64,000 bases of DNA from Octopus sinensis (Eukaryota). Position numbers and translations under genes: made by a program. Where the stretch lies: the NCBI RefSeq assembly GCF_006345805.1, contig NC_042999.1:127720001-127784000 (forward strand), written 5' to 3'. Shown in pieces: positions 12,886 to 26,904 of this stretch (positions within the stretch are counted from its first letter, which is position 1; each line of letters starts with the position of its first letter). The notes below the pieces were generated by a model, which had not been told where the DNA came from, ran no database searches, and worked only from the letters and a program-made list of their open reading frames with translations.

Positions 12886-15494
12886 GTGAGTTTTTTACTC
12901 AGGTTATTCAATCTAATTAATATACTTTGATTTTTTTTTTTTTTTCATTCTATCTGCCAATCAGTTTGAGAATTCTTTTCATATTTAGATTTGATTTCTC
13001 TAAAATACTGAATCTTTTCTCTATAGTTTATAAAGTCAGTGCTGCTACCTGTTTTTGGAGAGCAAGTTTTACTTCCTGGATAAGATGATATCCTCCATAG
13101 AGTACCTTCCAACTTGCTACCTATTTCTTATCTAGTTTAACTAAGACAAATAGATTTAATTGTGCTATCAAAACAAACTACAATATTTTCAGCAGTACAT
13201 GAATTATCAAATACCAACACCAGAATTGTTTAATTTAACATTTAAAATAGGTGAAACTTGGTATTCAACTCTGTTAATTTTTTCAGGGTTTGTTATTAAA
13301 CTGAAAACAAGAATGCCTATTAGATTCACAAGTTCAAAATTCCAACACAGTCCAGGATTGCATAAATATCCATATCTCAAGAAAGTTATATAAACAAGTT
13401 ACATGAACTATTGGAAACAAAGTGGTTCTTTTATGTGTTAATTGATAGACTATGAAATTTATAGAAGTTAAAGCTCTTTGATAGTAGTGAATTTATAGCA
13501 ATCAGTGAAAAATTTATTCAATATTATCCATGGTGTAGTATGTTAAATTATTTGGAAATATGAATACACTTAAATTGATAGTTACTGGGTATTAAAAAAT
13601 ATGCAAATTTATGCAAGAGATGTAGCTACATTGATTTAGATGTAATATCTTGCTAGGAGATAAACAGTGAGTTGATCAAAAATGTTAATCAAGAAAGATT
13701 TGAAGAAATAGCTAGGAAAAATCTTAGGAAAGGATTGGATCTCTATGAAATCATATGGAAATTGTAGAACTTGCATAGAAAAAATATGTAAAACTAATGG
13801 GGGTTATGACATTGTTGATGGCACATCTGAATGAATTTAAGTTATAGCACTCGACTTAATGTTAACATTCCTTAATTCTAGAATTTGTGACAATATAAGC
13901 TTGGTACAGGTTTTGGATTTTCCTAAAGTTTATTTTATGAGTTATGCTCATAGAATGTTACCAGTTAAAAAAGGCAAATCCAGTTGTTCATAAGTATTAG
14001 TCTCTTTTTGTTGTCGACAAAAGATCTGTGGATCAGAAAAATTTCCTGAAAGTGTTGAAGAATATATAAATTAGTGTTTGTTTATTCTGTGTTGTCACTC
14101 ATTTTTTGATGAGCTAGTCAAGAGTGGAAGAACAGTGTTCATGATCTTTGTAGGTTTAGACTGTTATCTTTGTTACCCAGCTTGAACATTTGTAGACCAG
14201 TGTCTGCAGGGGAAAAACACTGGCAAAGAAGGGACCTTTCTAGTTCAAATGCTTGCAACATAATGAACTTAACAAAAGGCACTCAAAGACTGTTGATGTA
14301 GAAGTCTCCCCTGTATTTTTATAGTGTTGATGGATCTCATGAACATTTTTTTTCCTACTTTGAAGAAAGATTAAAGCTTACAAAAGTAATTCATCTGGTG
14401 AGATTTTAACACTCATATTTTTGCATAATAGATTTTCTTCAAACTACTTGACATTAAGTTCTTTTGAATGCCTGAAAATTGCTTTAAAGAAGGCTTGATA
14501 CTGCCACTATAAACTGTCCAGCTTGTTACTATTGAGGTGGGTTTGGATACAGGTGCATTTCAAACTGTTGTAAGGAGGAAGGGATAGAGTTATAAATGTA
14601 TCCATCATCATCTGAGATCAATTTGTACCAGGTTCAAAATTCACCTTTCACCCTTCAGAGTTTCAATTAAACAATTGTTAGTCATATACCCATATTCTTA
14701 TAAATTTGATGGCTTGTGCCTGTGTAAGAAATCATTAATATCATGAATTATATTTTAAATCAGTTTGTTATTTGTAAGTAACTCATTACTGTAGTTTATT
14801 GAGTTTATGTATGTTCAACTTGGGCTGCAATTTCTTTTTCACTTTCACTAAGATACCCTCATGTAACTTAATATTTAAATTATATGCTACTTTCATATAT
14901 GGCACCTAGTATCTTGTCTGTCTTGGTGAATCTCATAACATTTTGTGTTAAAGAGGCAATATGGAAGTAATATATCTTGGGTTTAGTAGTTTTTCACATC
15001 CATCCTTCTTCAATCTTTACTTTTTGTACCATGTTTCTGTTTAAATGCACTGCATCTATTTCAGTTGATTTTAAAGATGAAGAATTTATTAAAATATGTT
15101 TGTCATAGTTAAGCTGATGTTTGGAACATAAATTAACATAAAATTTTTAAGGAAGATTTAGATCACTTTAAAACAGGAAATTTGCATCATAGAACCTGGG
15201 ACGGTCTCAGGTGGGTCGTTATCAAAAGAGTTCATATTGTTGTTTAAGCATGAGTCAATTCTGATCAGACAGACCTAAAACCAAATACATTTACACCACA
15301 ACCATTCCATCTTTTTAGGAATAATTAGAACTACATGATCTGATGTGCACTCTTTTTAAGATGGTTGGGTATAATTTAAGAGAAATTTGGCTGCTATTGT
15401 AGCACTAAACCCCACTTAAATCTTCCCAGCTTTGCACATTGTTAATTAAATGAAATTGAATTGAAGAATCCACTTTCTTCTCTTTTTTACTTAG

Positions 15495-15600
15495 GCTTTG
15501 GATGGTAAGAATAGTGCCTCAGATCTTATGTGGAGACAGTTTCTAACAAACATGGTGCCTGAGATTACAAATGTTGTCCAGTTCTGCAAGCGGCTACCTG
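15495..15600 (+). CDS. Nuclear receptor LBD exon (helix 3)
   Basis: ttAG|GCT...CCT G|GTAAGT. Phase 0 to 1. ALDGKNSASDLMWRQFLTNMVPEITNVVQFCKRLP(G) is the start of the NR signature motif. Confidence 0.95.
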
Positions 15601-16232
15601 GTAAGTAATGTTATCCTAACCTCTGTCTTCTATCTTTATCCCTTTTCTCTCAAGTCTCTTTTCATTCTCCTTCGGGCCCTTGCTTCTTTCTATGACACAT
15701 GTATTTCTCTTCCATTTTCTAATTCTCTATTTTTATTTCTACTCCCCTCTACACACATCTAATTTCTTCTCACTCCCCATCTAAATTCTTTTCTTACAAA
15801 TTAGCTTCAAGTTTGTTGTTAAAATTGTGTAGGTTTATTGGTGGTCTTGTGTTTATGTGAATACTACTCTTAATTCTGTACAATGCCTTAATTTAGTTAA
15901 CCATCTAAAGTAGCTATCAGATATTCAAGAAGTTACCAATGAAAGACTGGTGTCTTGTCCATGATGATATTTGTCTCACATTTTATGAATGCCATAAAAT
16001 TTAAGCTAAATGTTAAACTGCCACCACCAAACACCTAGCTTTTGAAGCAAGTTTTCAATTTTCTTTCCTCAGAGAGTTGAAAAAAGAATGTATTATAGCT
16101 ATAGGGACCTGAGGGCAGGCTGCCCTATAGCTACAGAGGCTGGTAGCAGAATGCAGTTTACATAGTGTTAAGAAAATAAATCTCACATTGATTTTATTAA
16201 TTCTATTTATTGACATTGTCCTTTTTTTCCAG

Positions 16233-16374
16233 GTTTCTCTGAAATTGACCAAGAGGACCAAATCAAGTTGATCAAGCAAGGAACCTTTGAGGTGATGTTA
16301 GCAAGATTTTGTATGCTTGTTGACCACCAAAATTATACCATGTTTGATCCTGACATGAAGATGCAATGTCCAAG
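16233..16374 (+). CDS. Nuclear receptor LBD exon (helices 4-5)
   Basis: ttccAG|GT...AG|GTAAAC. Phase 1 to 2. (G)FSEIDQEDQIKLIKQGTFEVMLARFCMLVDHQNYTMFDPDMKMQCP(R) completes the F..L...DQ..L signature. Confidence 0.95.
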
Positions 16375-16707
16375 GTAAACTGATTTCTACTATGCACTGT
16401 GTGTTACAAAGACTTAACTGTAGGGTATTGCTTATTGTTATTGATATGAAAGGGGCACAGCCATTCAAGATGATGATCTTTTGTGGTGGGGGGGGTGAAT
16501 AAATGGTAAGAACTAATGGACAAAAATCCTTATAGACATTGAGTTAAAAACCAAGAAACCTGACAAACCAAGAATTAAGTTGATAATGCATTAGTACAAT
16601 GTTCTTAGTAAAAATCTCAGGTTATTTATGATTGTTTTGGGATAGTGAAGTACATTATTAAAATTTTTTTCTCTTGTTTTTGGTATCTGCCATAACTGTT
16701 CATTTAA

Positions 16708-16923
16708 CCCTTTAGCATTCAGATTCTGTCAGATGTGAAGCTTATGTATTCACACCATTTAAAATTAATCATGCATTAATACATGGCTTTGAGATTTCAA
16801 TGATGTTATTGTTTATTTTGAAATGACACTGTAAGGTAGCTATGAAAGACCATATCTGACCAGTTTTAACTTAATACAGATAGAATATTTTGGCCGGACA
16901 TAGCCGGTTTAAACACTAAAGGG
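16708..16923. mobile_element. piggyBac-like MITE
   Basis: TTAA|CCCTTTAG...CTAAAGGG|TTAA. Confidence 0.85.
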
Positions 16924-17094
16924 TTAAGGTTGTTACTAAGCATTCAATGCAAACCTAATTCAGTTGGTGTACACACTTTGTCATATCTGTTTTATGTTTC
17001 CAATTCATGAGCTTCATTCAATATTTTCATCAAGACTCATCAAATTCTGCTGTTGTAATGAAAAATTCCATAATTATTTAATTTATCATTTCAG

Positions 17095-17225
17095 GGAAGT
17101 AATCCGGGAAATGCCACTAGGAAATTTTCTTGAAGAATTCTTCTTAATGGCAGAAACCTTTAATCCATTGAAGTTATCTGATCAGGAAATTGGTCTCTTT
17201 ACAGCTGTTTTGATAATTTGTCCAG
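17095..17225 (+). CDS. Nuclear receptor LBD exon (helices 7-8)
   Basis: tttcAG|G...CCA G|GTAGT. Phase 2 to 1. EVIREMPLGNFLEEFFLMAETFNPLKLSDQEIGLFTAVLIICP. Confidence 0.95.
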
Positions 17226-17248
17226 GTAGTGACACATTATATTTCTTC

Positions 17249-17292
<44 letters not shown>

Positions 17293-17404
17293 TTGTATGA
17301 TTTATAAATGTTATTGATTTTATGTACATGCTTGTTAAACTTCATGAACCTTCACTGACTGATCCAATATAGCAATAGTTATTTGTATTTGTATAATAAT
17401 CCTT

Positions 17405-17605
17405 TCTACTAATAGGCACAAGGCCTGAAAATTCATGGGGACGGGGTAAGTCAATTACAACAACCCTAGTGCTCAACTAGTACTTAATTTATCAGCCCCA
17501 AAAGCAAAATCAACCTCAGTGGAATTTGAGCTCAGAACATAAAGATGGTTGAAATGCTGCTAACCATTGTGCCTGGCATGTTAATGATTCTTCCAGCTCA
17601 CCGAT
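17405..17605 (-). mobile_element. Intronic SINE (same family)
   Basis: Reverse complement of the core and B-box (gaatttgagctcagaa). Confidence 0.75.
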
Positions 17606-18324
17606 TTGTATTTGTGTAATAATAACATACAGTGACCTGCTCTGAAATTGATAGCATTTCTAGAGATTTTCATGTTTGATGCTCACAACCATACTACTAG
17701 AAAGTGGGAGATTTTCGGTTGAATTGTTAGAACCTTATAGTGTTTGTTCTAGCTTTCTAAGTTCAAAACCTGTTAAGGTCATCTTTGCCTTTTATCCTTT
17801 CAAGGTTGATAAACTAAAGAACCAGTTCAGTGCATTTATTGCTTGGTATAGCATCAAACTGGAATGCCTTATGGTGTTCATTGTGACCTTATGTAGCCTG
17901 AGTTCCTGAGAGCCAGGCATAATTCATCAACCAGTTTAATACTACTAGCTGGTCTTCCAGTGTTTTCAGCTGAGTTCCTTCTGTTACAAGCATTTGGAAC
18001 TGGTTTTTGGTTTGAAAATAATTCTTTCCTTTTGTCCCAAAGTCAATTAAGAAAAAATATTAGGATAATGTTATTAGTTTTGATCTTTGTAACTCAGTTG
18101 AAATCATTTAAATTTTGATGTGTTTTTTTTTTTTTTTTTTTGGTAGTGGTGGTGGTGGGTATTGCTAAATTATGTTTGCAGTTATGTAGCATGGTTAAAT
18201 TTGAATTTATTTATATTAGTTTCTTTTCATGATTTTAATTGAGCAATCCTTATCAATTGATAGATTTGGAGATCAATTTAAAATAAAGAGAATCTAAATG
18301 AAATGAATGAATTCTATTTTTCAG

Positions 18325-18417
18325 ATCGTCAAAATCTTTCTGGAGTTAAAGCTGTTTCTAAAATACAGGGACTCTTTTTACAAGCATTATATAATGAACT
18401 GAAAGCTAACCATAAAG
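18325..18417 (+). CDS. Nuclear receptor LBD exon (helix 9)
   Basis: ttttcAG|AT...AAA G|GTAAG. Phase 1 to 1. (D)RQNLSGVKAVSKIQGLFLQALYNELKANHK. Confidence 0.95.
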
Positions 18418-18549
18418 GTAAGATATTTTTTTTATAGTCATCTGTTTTATGAAAATTAAAATTTGCCAGTGGTGAGTGAAACCCAATGTCAAATCTGCGT
18501 CTCTAAAAGTCTGGCCCCAATTATATTTTATTTATTTATTTTTCGTGGT

Positions 18550-19088
18550 GACATGGGTTGGATTGTTTGACACGGAGCTGGCTAGCAGGGAGCTAGTCTT
18601 TTGTGGCATTGTAACAGGATGAGAGATTCCTGCACTGGATGGGTGCAGCTCGCATCCTTTACATTAAATATTAATCGAAGAAAGAGTCAAGACTTCCGAT
18701 TAACTTCAACAGCATAAATATTTATTTCTTGATTCGCAATATAAACATTTCCTTCCTCTGGGCGAATCGGCAGTCTAGGAGCTTATCGGCAGTAGTCAAG
18801 TGGAGTGAGTTAATCCTGCCCGTTCAAGCATAGTGGTAGCAGCTCAAGATAGCTGATGCAGACAGCTACTGGCGTCCAAGAGAGCGATACCAGAGAATTT
18901 TGCTGCTGCTAGTTTTTTTGCGCATGCGCATGAGGGAACTTCCAGCAGGTCTCCCAGAAGACTCATATCTTGCACATGCGTGCTGGAGATTTCCAAGATG
19001 GCGTCACTACAGCATGGTTTCTACAAACAGTTGGAGCTTGGACAGCTCTCTGCTAGCCAGCTCCATGTCAAACCATCTAACTCATGTC
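18550..19088. repeat. Foldback element with about 48-bp inverted arms (18550-18598 and 19041-19088) interrupted by the solo LTR
   Basis: gacatgggttggattgtttgacacggagctggctagcagggagct vs reverse complement of the right arm gacatgagttagatggtttgacatggagctggctagcagagagct. Confidence 0.8.
18610..19011 (-). mobile_element. Solo LTR of a related Gypsy family, antisense in the last intron of the receptor
   Basis: On the - strand it starts TGTAGTGA and ends GTTACA, like the 55296 LTR. 4-bp TSD GCAT (18606-09 and 19012-15). Shares GGAAGT-TCCC-CATGCGCATG, AATAAA and CCAGTGC segments. Confidence 0.88.
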
Positions 19089-19536
19089 TGCATTGGAAAG
19101 TGGACATTAAATGATAATGAGGATTCTAATGAAAAATAGATATCATTTTGAATCCATTAATGAATTAAAATGTATTGTAAAAAACAGTGAGAGAAAAAAC
19201 ACGAATTTAGGATTAGAATGCTCTTGTAATATTGTCTTTGGCATTGAAAGAGTTAAAAGATAATTAGAACTTCACAAAAATAGTCTTTATATTTTTGTAT
19301 TTATGCTTAAAGATTTGTTGAGTTTAAAAGGAACCGATAGAATAAGTACTAGGCTTACAAAGAATAAGTCCTGGGGTCGATTTGCTCGACTAAACGTGGT
19401 GCTCCAACATGGCTACAGTCAAATGACTGAAACAAGTAAAAGAGTAAAGAGTGATGTAATATTCTAATAGATTTTTGTATAATTCTAATTTTCCTTTCTG
19501 TATGTTGTTTAAAATTTCTGTTTCCATTTCTTACAG

Positions 19537-19697
19537 ATTATGATACTTTGTTCAATGACCTAATCCGAACAATTCCAATGTTTCGCGAATTTAATCACCA
19601 GCATGCCATGTCGCTCAACAACATTCGCATGCGCTCGATACACAGCCAGTTTGATTTCCCCGAATTACACAAAGAAGTTTTTGATTACAAAGTGTAA
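19537..19697 (+). CDS. Nuclear receptor last coding exon (helices 10-12), stop TAA 19695-97
   Basis: ttacAG|AT. (D)YDTLFNDLIRTIPMFREFNHQHAMSLNNIRMRSIHSQFDFPELHKEVFDYKV*. The six exons total 1847 nt with consistent phases. Confidence 0.95.
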
Positions 19698-20069
19698 TTC
19701 CAACACAGAAAAAGAAACACAGCCTTGTCTACATATTCACATGAAAGGCAGAACGAGAAGAATGGGACTTGGTATAAACTACAGAAGGAAAGAAAAAGAA
19801 AAAAAAATGCAAGGGAAACCAGGGAATATAGAGAAATGCCGTCAAACTGCCAGGATCTTCTGTGAATTCTTCTTGCACTGATCACTCACTCTGTGCATGA
19901 AAAAAAAACCCTGTTAACCTTTCTGGAAGAGAGGTTTCTTATTTTGTTGATTTGATATTCAGAATGGTATATAATGGTATATAAATTCAGGTGAACTGAT
20001 AAACTGACTACAATTTACATACATACACATGGACATACGTATATATGTGTGTGTGTGTATATATATATA

Positions 20070-20101
<32 letters not shown>

Positions 20102-22460
20102 CACATCAACACAACTGACCAGCAAACTGGCTTTAAGTATTGTATTATAAAAGACATTTTTATGTTAATTTTTAAAATTGTTTTCTTCCCTTTTTATTCT
20201 ATTATACCCTCATGTGTTATTCTCTCCTACTTCCCCACCCCCCAACAGAATACAGATAAAGCCAGTAGCCATATTATGTATTCACACATAGATTTTGTTC
20301 TGATTCACAGAATCATAAGGTGTATGTATTTCTCTATAGTTGTGTGTGAGTATAAATGTGCATTCGCGTGCGAGTGTGTGTATGTGTGTTTGTGTGATAT
20401 GTAGACACACATACACTTTCTATGAAAAGTAATTTTATGTGAATACTTGCAGCAAAAGACTTTAACATTACAAAACCAGAAGGGAACCTAAGATCAGTCA
20501 TTCCGTTAATAAAAACTACCATATCTATCCTTATGGTAATTCACTGCCAACTGATGTTGTTGCCAGAGTCTGCACACTGCAAACAGCAAGCAGGTTGCAG
20601 AATTGATATGAAAAGCCTCAATATTTAAAATGTCATCATTGTTTTTTTAATATTTTCATCAAATTTTTTTTATTTCCACTTTTTTCCTCCATTATGGGCT
20701 GATCATTTCCGTTTATGGCTGCAATTTTTTTTTTAAATGACAAGTGGTGACTTTTTTTTGGTCTTATTTTCAAATGCTTATTTCTATTATGATTATTATT
20801 ATTATTACTACTACTACTACCACTACTACTACTACAACTACTAAATTACAAATGATAAATAAATCTTTCTTGTTAGCTGGAAACTGATTGCACAAGCATA
20901 TTTCTATTAAATGGGTTTGTTTGTACCCACTAACACAACACACACATGCACACAAGAAAATAAAAATATCAGGACAAATTTTTTCTACAATAAGGTTTCG
21001 ATTTTTTTTTCTTTCTTTTTTTTTCATCTTTTCAATCACAAATAAAAACAAAAAATGTTCTTTTTGTAAATTTATTTAACTAGAAAAGGGGAAGTGATTA
21101 AAATATCAGATTTTTATCAGTTATTTTGTACATTGTGCTGTACAATTCTTTCTCCCTTCAGAGTTATTGATTTATTATTATCTTGAAACATTTTGATTAG
21201 CATGATAATAATGATTGGAATGTAGAAACTGCCATAGCTTAACGTTGCATATCCTAAATTTATCAACCAGTGCTCAATTTCTGATAGATTTATTGAAATT
21301 TTTATCTGTATCATTCAGTTTATGTAAACAAAAGCAACACTCTGCCGAGAAAGAAAAAGAAAAGGGAAAAAAAATCTTGCCAATATTCTTTTAAAAGCAT
21401 TCATGTATATGGCAGTCCAGTGGTAGAGTGGATCTGGTTGAGTCCCTATTCTCAACCAGTTAATAGTAATATTATAAACAACTCATTCGTCAAGTCATTT
21501 TATTAATAGAGGTTCCTCCATATTAAACAAAGTTTCGTAGTCATCATTAAATTCTTGTTACTTTGGTCTGCAGTGGACTGAGTATGTAATAATTGTGTGC
21601 ATGTATGTGTATGTATGCCTGCCTGTCTGTCTGTACATCTGAGAAGATGACAAGTATTGACAATACTGGATTCTTGTCTTACACAACCAAACGTTATATC
21701 AAACAAACGACTGGATTTTTGTCTTGTTTTATAAGCTCAGAAACCATATATGCATTGAAGAAGTCTTTTGTTTGCTTGCATTAAATACCATACATTTTGG
21801 TTCATATTTGATATTTTTATAGATCATGCTTTTTTTTTCCTTCTTGGTAATCTCTTTGCGATGAGGGAGCATCAAAGAGAACTCAGTAGAACATGTATAT
21901 GTGTGTGCATGTATGTATGTGTATGTGTGTGTTTCTCTTGATGAAATACTTTTTTTAAAGTTCTACTATTTGTCTCACTAACTCAGCTAAAATCACTGAA
22001 AAAACACACAGCATATATAAGCTGTGTGTTGGCTTAAACTAATCAATCTCACATTTTTTTTTACTTTCTAATATATATTTTTTTTTATTATTGTTACAAC
22101 CTTTCTCTCACCCCCATTCCTACTACCATAAACAGAAGTAATCTGTTTATTTTATATTCCCTCTCCCCACCCCCACCATTTTGTGTGTTGCCAGCCACTC
22201 ACCAGCAGTTACAAAAAAAAAATTAAAATAAAAAAATATTAAATATATAGGGGTTATATCTTTTATTTTATTTTTTGTCTTTTTTTTTGTTTTTACATTT
22301 AAAATAAAAAAAATTTTTTCTTTTTAAAAATTAATTTAAAGTTATTTTTGTTTTATTTTCACATTCATTATCCCCCAATCCATACATTCTCTTGCATTAT
22401 TATTACAGTGAGTGGACAGTAAATAGTCTCCGTGTCTAATGAAATAAAGAAAAAAAAAAA
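19698..22460 (+). other. Probable long 3' UTR of the nuclear receptor
   Basis: SINE-free stretch rich in A/T runs after the stop codon. AATAAA at 22443-48 is followed by an A-run, and SINEs resume at about 22550. The 3' end is inferred. Confidence 0.45.
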
Positions 22461-22547
22461 TTGTTCTTACTTATTTCAAGCTTCAATTCAGCACTATCCA
22501 CTGCCTTGTTTACCTTTCTTTCACTTTATTAGTGGAATGGTTGAACA

Positions 22548-23390
22548 ATGAATTATTTCTTCTTTTTAAGGTGGTGAACTAGCAGAATCATTAACATGCT
22601 GGACAAAATGCTTAGCAGCATTTTGTGTCCATCTTTATGTTCTGAGTTTAAACGCTACTGGGGTTGACTTTGCTTTTCACTTTTTCAGAGTCGATAGAAT
22701 GAATAGGTACCAGCTGAGCACTGGGGCCAATGTAATCAACTTACCCCCCCCCCCTCCTCTGAAGTTGCTGACCTTGTGCCAAAACTTGAAACCATTAATA
22801 TTATTATTATTATCATTACTAATACTAACAAGGTAGCAAGCTGGTAGAATCATTAGCACGCCAGGTAAAATGCATAGTGGCATTTTGCCTGTCTTTATGT
22901 TTTGGGTTCAAATGCTGCCAAGGTTGACTTTACCTTTCATCCATTTGGGGCTCAATTAAATAAGTACCAGTCGATCACTGGGATTAATGTAATTGACTAG
23001 AACCCCACCATAAAAAAAAAAAAGCAAGAAAAGTGCTGGCTTTGTGCCTAGTAGAAAGAATTATCAGTAGATTGACAGTCATTAGAATGTCGGGAAAATA
23101 CCTTGTAATATTTGTTCTGGTTCTTTATAATCTGGCTTCAGATTCTGCCAAAGTCAAGTTTGCCTTTATCCTAGGATCAGATGATGGATTGGCAAAATCA
23201 TTAGCGCATCAGACAAAATACTTTGCAGCATTTGTTCTGAGATCAACTCCTGTCATGGTCAACTTTACTTTTCATCCTTTTGGGGTGGATAAAATAAAGC
23301 ATCAGACAAGTACTGGGGTTGTTGTCATCAACTTGCTCCCTCTCCTTAAAATTGCTGGCTTTGTGCCAAAATTTGAAAGAATTATTATTA
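22548..23390 (+). mobile_element. Cluster of about 4 SINEs of the same family
   Basis: Same motifs, with (ATT)n spacers. Confidence 0.85.
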
Positions 23391-26300
23391 GTTGTATTAT
23401 ATAGCAGTATTTTAAGGAAAATTTCTTATTACACCAGATCAATTTGTTTTATTCATTTTAAAAGATTTTCAGTTTTTTTTTCCTATAACTCCGTTTATTT
23501 CTTTGGTTAATTCATACATTTCTTCCTTACTTGCCCCTTCACCTTCTTTCTCTCTCACACATATGTACACAATATTCCCCACATTAACAATAATTAATTG
23601 CTTTAATCAGATTAACTACATTGGGTTATAAAACACCTGTGCATTTCATAATGAAACAGTTACTATTTCATTTTCACAATACCTTGTCTAATTGTCATTT
23701 TTTTTTTTAATACTATGATTATAATTACAATATGAAAGATATAAAAGTTGATTACTTCAATCCTTTAAATATTTGTAGAAAATTTATCAACAGTAATCCC
23801 TATGATTCAGATTAATTGCTAGGTTTATTTTCAACTAACCTTGAAACCATTAGTGTGGTAATTTTTTTTTATTCTGGAGACTTCTGTTGCAACCAAGTGT
23901 AGATATAGTACTTAATATACATATAAAATAATATGAAACAGGCAGTAAATTTTATAGTCTATTTTGATAATTCCCTGTGTGATTTTAACAGGACCAAGAA
24001 ATTGAGACAAAAGCAGGATAGCATTAGGGGGTAAGCATTTCTTTATACATTGTGCGTGTGTTTAGATACACACATGTATGTATATGTATGCATATGTGTG
24101 CACACATGTGCAGGCATATATGTGTGTGTGTGTGTGTGTGTATCACCTAAGAACAGCAATTTAAAAGAAATAATGATTTATATCTAAAATGTATAAAGCA
24201 TTTATTTATGAGAAAGAGAGACAGCTCTATGAAGGAAACAAAATGAATCTGTTACTGACTGAAATACATTGCTTTATTGATATTGTCAAATTATCAGTCA
24301 CTCCAGTGGGTGAGGAACTAAATTTGTAGGCCTTTCTGTCAGTTGACTGATATGGAACCTAAAAGAAATTGCCATTTGATCATACAAAAAGCACCTTTTA
24401 CTTGTCCCCTGGAGGACAGTTATTACAAGGAAGATAATTATTTCTTCATAATATTTGTCAGGATTAGAAATTTGATTTTGAATTTAAGGAAGTATATGGG
24501 AAAACATACAGAATGCTCCATTTTCTTTTTTCATTCTCGTTGCAAAGTTCTTAAAATATCTAGTCAGCGGTAGTCATGTATAGCACTGTTTCATTCTTTT
24601 TTGAAATTGTCAGTATGATATAACTTTAGACTTATTAAACTTTTTATGAAGTGAAACATTTCATAAAAGGTGGAAATAATTCAAATCTGGAAGAAATTCA
24701 TGAAATATGTGTGTGTGTTTGTGTGTTTTTTTTTTCTTTCTTCATAGAATGTTAGTAGTTTAGCAATTGGGAGGAAAGTGAAAGTTTTTTATGTTTATAT
24801 ATAGGGTAACTTAGAGGAAGTGCTGAAGGAGTGGCTGGCCAGAGCAGTCCTTAAATATGATCATTTGCAATTTTTGTTTTTTATCACTTCCCTAACAATT
24901 GAAGTCCCCACATACAGAGGCATCTTTATATATGCATTTTATGCATATTTATATGTATATGTCTGTGGCCGGGTGGTTAAGTTAGCTTAGCAGTCATAAG
25001 ATCTTGAGTTTGATCTCATTCTGTGGCTTCTTGAGCAAATGTCTTCAAGGTAAATTCAAGCATTGTGAATTAAACTGGGTAGATGGAAACTGGATTGTAC
25101 CTGTAATTAAAAGGGCTAGCTTTATCACCGACCGTGTCATGCTGAATCTGAGTAAATGTGTCTGTAGAATACTCAGTGACTCAGACACTAACACAATGAG
25201 TATGAGTTGGTAGTTCAACTATTTGAACAATTGGAATACTCATCATTAATACTTAGATATATTCTACTTACAAATTAATAATATTCATTCTTTATGCATA
25301 CATCATCGCATATGCCTTCAGTTTTAAAGGGCATGACAATTTTTGTTGCTAAATTTTGTTTATTATAAATCTTGTTAACATTTATTATTTTTTTAATGTG
25401 TGTGAGTATATGTATATATATATATATATATAATATATATATATATAGATAGATATGCATACACACATGTATATACACATGCACACACACATAATCTGAT
25501 CAAGAGTTCATATCATTTGGGATTTTTTGTTACAAAGCTTTTGATGGAGGAAGAATATTTTGATGAACACTTATTTAAAAAGTAGTGAGAAATAGTATTT
25601 TAGAGAGAACCATTTCTCCCCAATAATAAGCTAATTATGTTCACTGGTGTTTCTTTAATCTTCTAGTTACCATTTAGCTACATGTGAGTTCAGATCATAG
25701 AGACCTTATGGTCAAAATTATTTTAGTTATGGCCATCCTATTCATTTACACATTCATTCTTTGACTACATTATCAAATGTGTCTTTGAGATGTGATTTAA
25801 AGAGATTTGACTGCTATTTCAGACAGGTCAAAGCACTATGTAGATTCTCTCATTGGCTCAGATGTTGTTTTAAGTGGCATGATTGAGTATAGTTTGTAAA
25901 ATACTACTTGTTTCCTGGTATGTTTTAAATTGCCAAAGACTGACATTAAATTCATTACTAACTTAACAGTATTTGTCGTTAGTAATGGAAGCAGCGTTAA
26001 TTCAGAAGAACATTCTGTATATCTTACTATATATACTATAGAAAGCCACAAAACTGCATTATTCATCTTGAGAAAACTTCTTGTATAGACATATATTGCT
26101 AAAAAGCACAGAAGTGTACCAGCAACAGGTGATAGAATTGCTAACTCCTGTTTTCTGTATTTTTACTCATCATCAGTAGCAATCATCTTCTTTCAACCAC
26201 AAACTTAGACAAATTTCCCTTCTACTGATATAGAAAAACAATGATTGACAAATCACTTATGTAACAAATAGCTAGCTAGCTGGGTAAAAATTTGTTGCTA

Positions 26301-26904
26301 TTGACAAGAACAGCATTGGTTCATAATATCATTTTGTATATCATGGATATAGTATCAAAAACCACAAAACTGTAGTATTTATGTTGAGAAAGCATCTTAT
26401 ATAGTAGATATAGTGATGGAAAACTCAAAAGTGCATCAGCTGCAAACAAAAAGTGTCCATCAGCAGTAGTATGTTAAATCTGAAATAATTTCTTGATCAG
26501 TAGCAAATATTTACTTAGCATTTATTGAATACATTTTTAGAATTGTTCTAGTCTTATGAATGACAAGCTACTTATGTTTGTTTTAATTTATGGAATATGT
26601 TTCTCAGTAAAACTTACTGTATATAGTACATGCAAGAATGCTGATTTACAATATGGGTTAAACTGGTATTTGAACAACAGTGTTGTAGGTTTAGAAATAA
26701 TGCAGAAAATTGAAATATATATTGAAGAAAAATGTATAGATAGTGAAATAGCATAGCCTGATATTACATCTGAATGAAATATGCAATGAAATTTAGAAGT
26801 AAAAGAATATGCATTGGTGAAATCACTAGAATAGATCAGTTAGAAGTGGTCAGTGTAAATTTTACTAGTTTAGTGACATCATTGTAATATTTACATTTTG
26901 ATGT

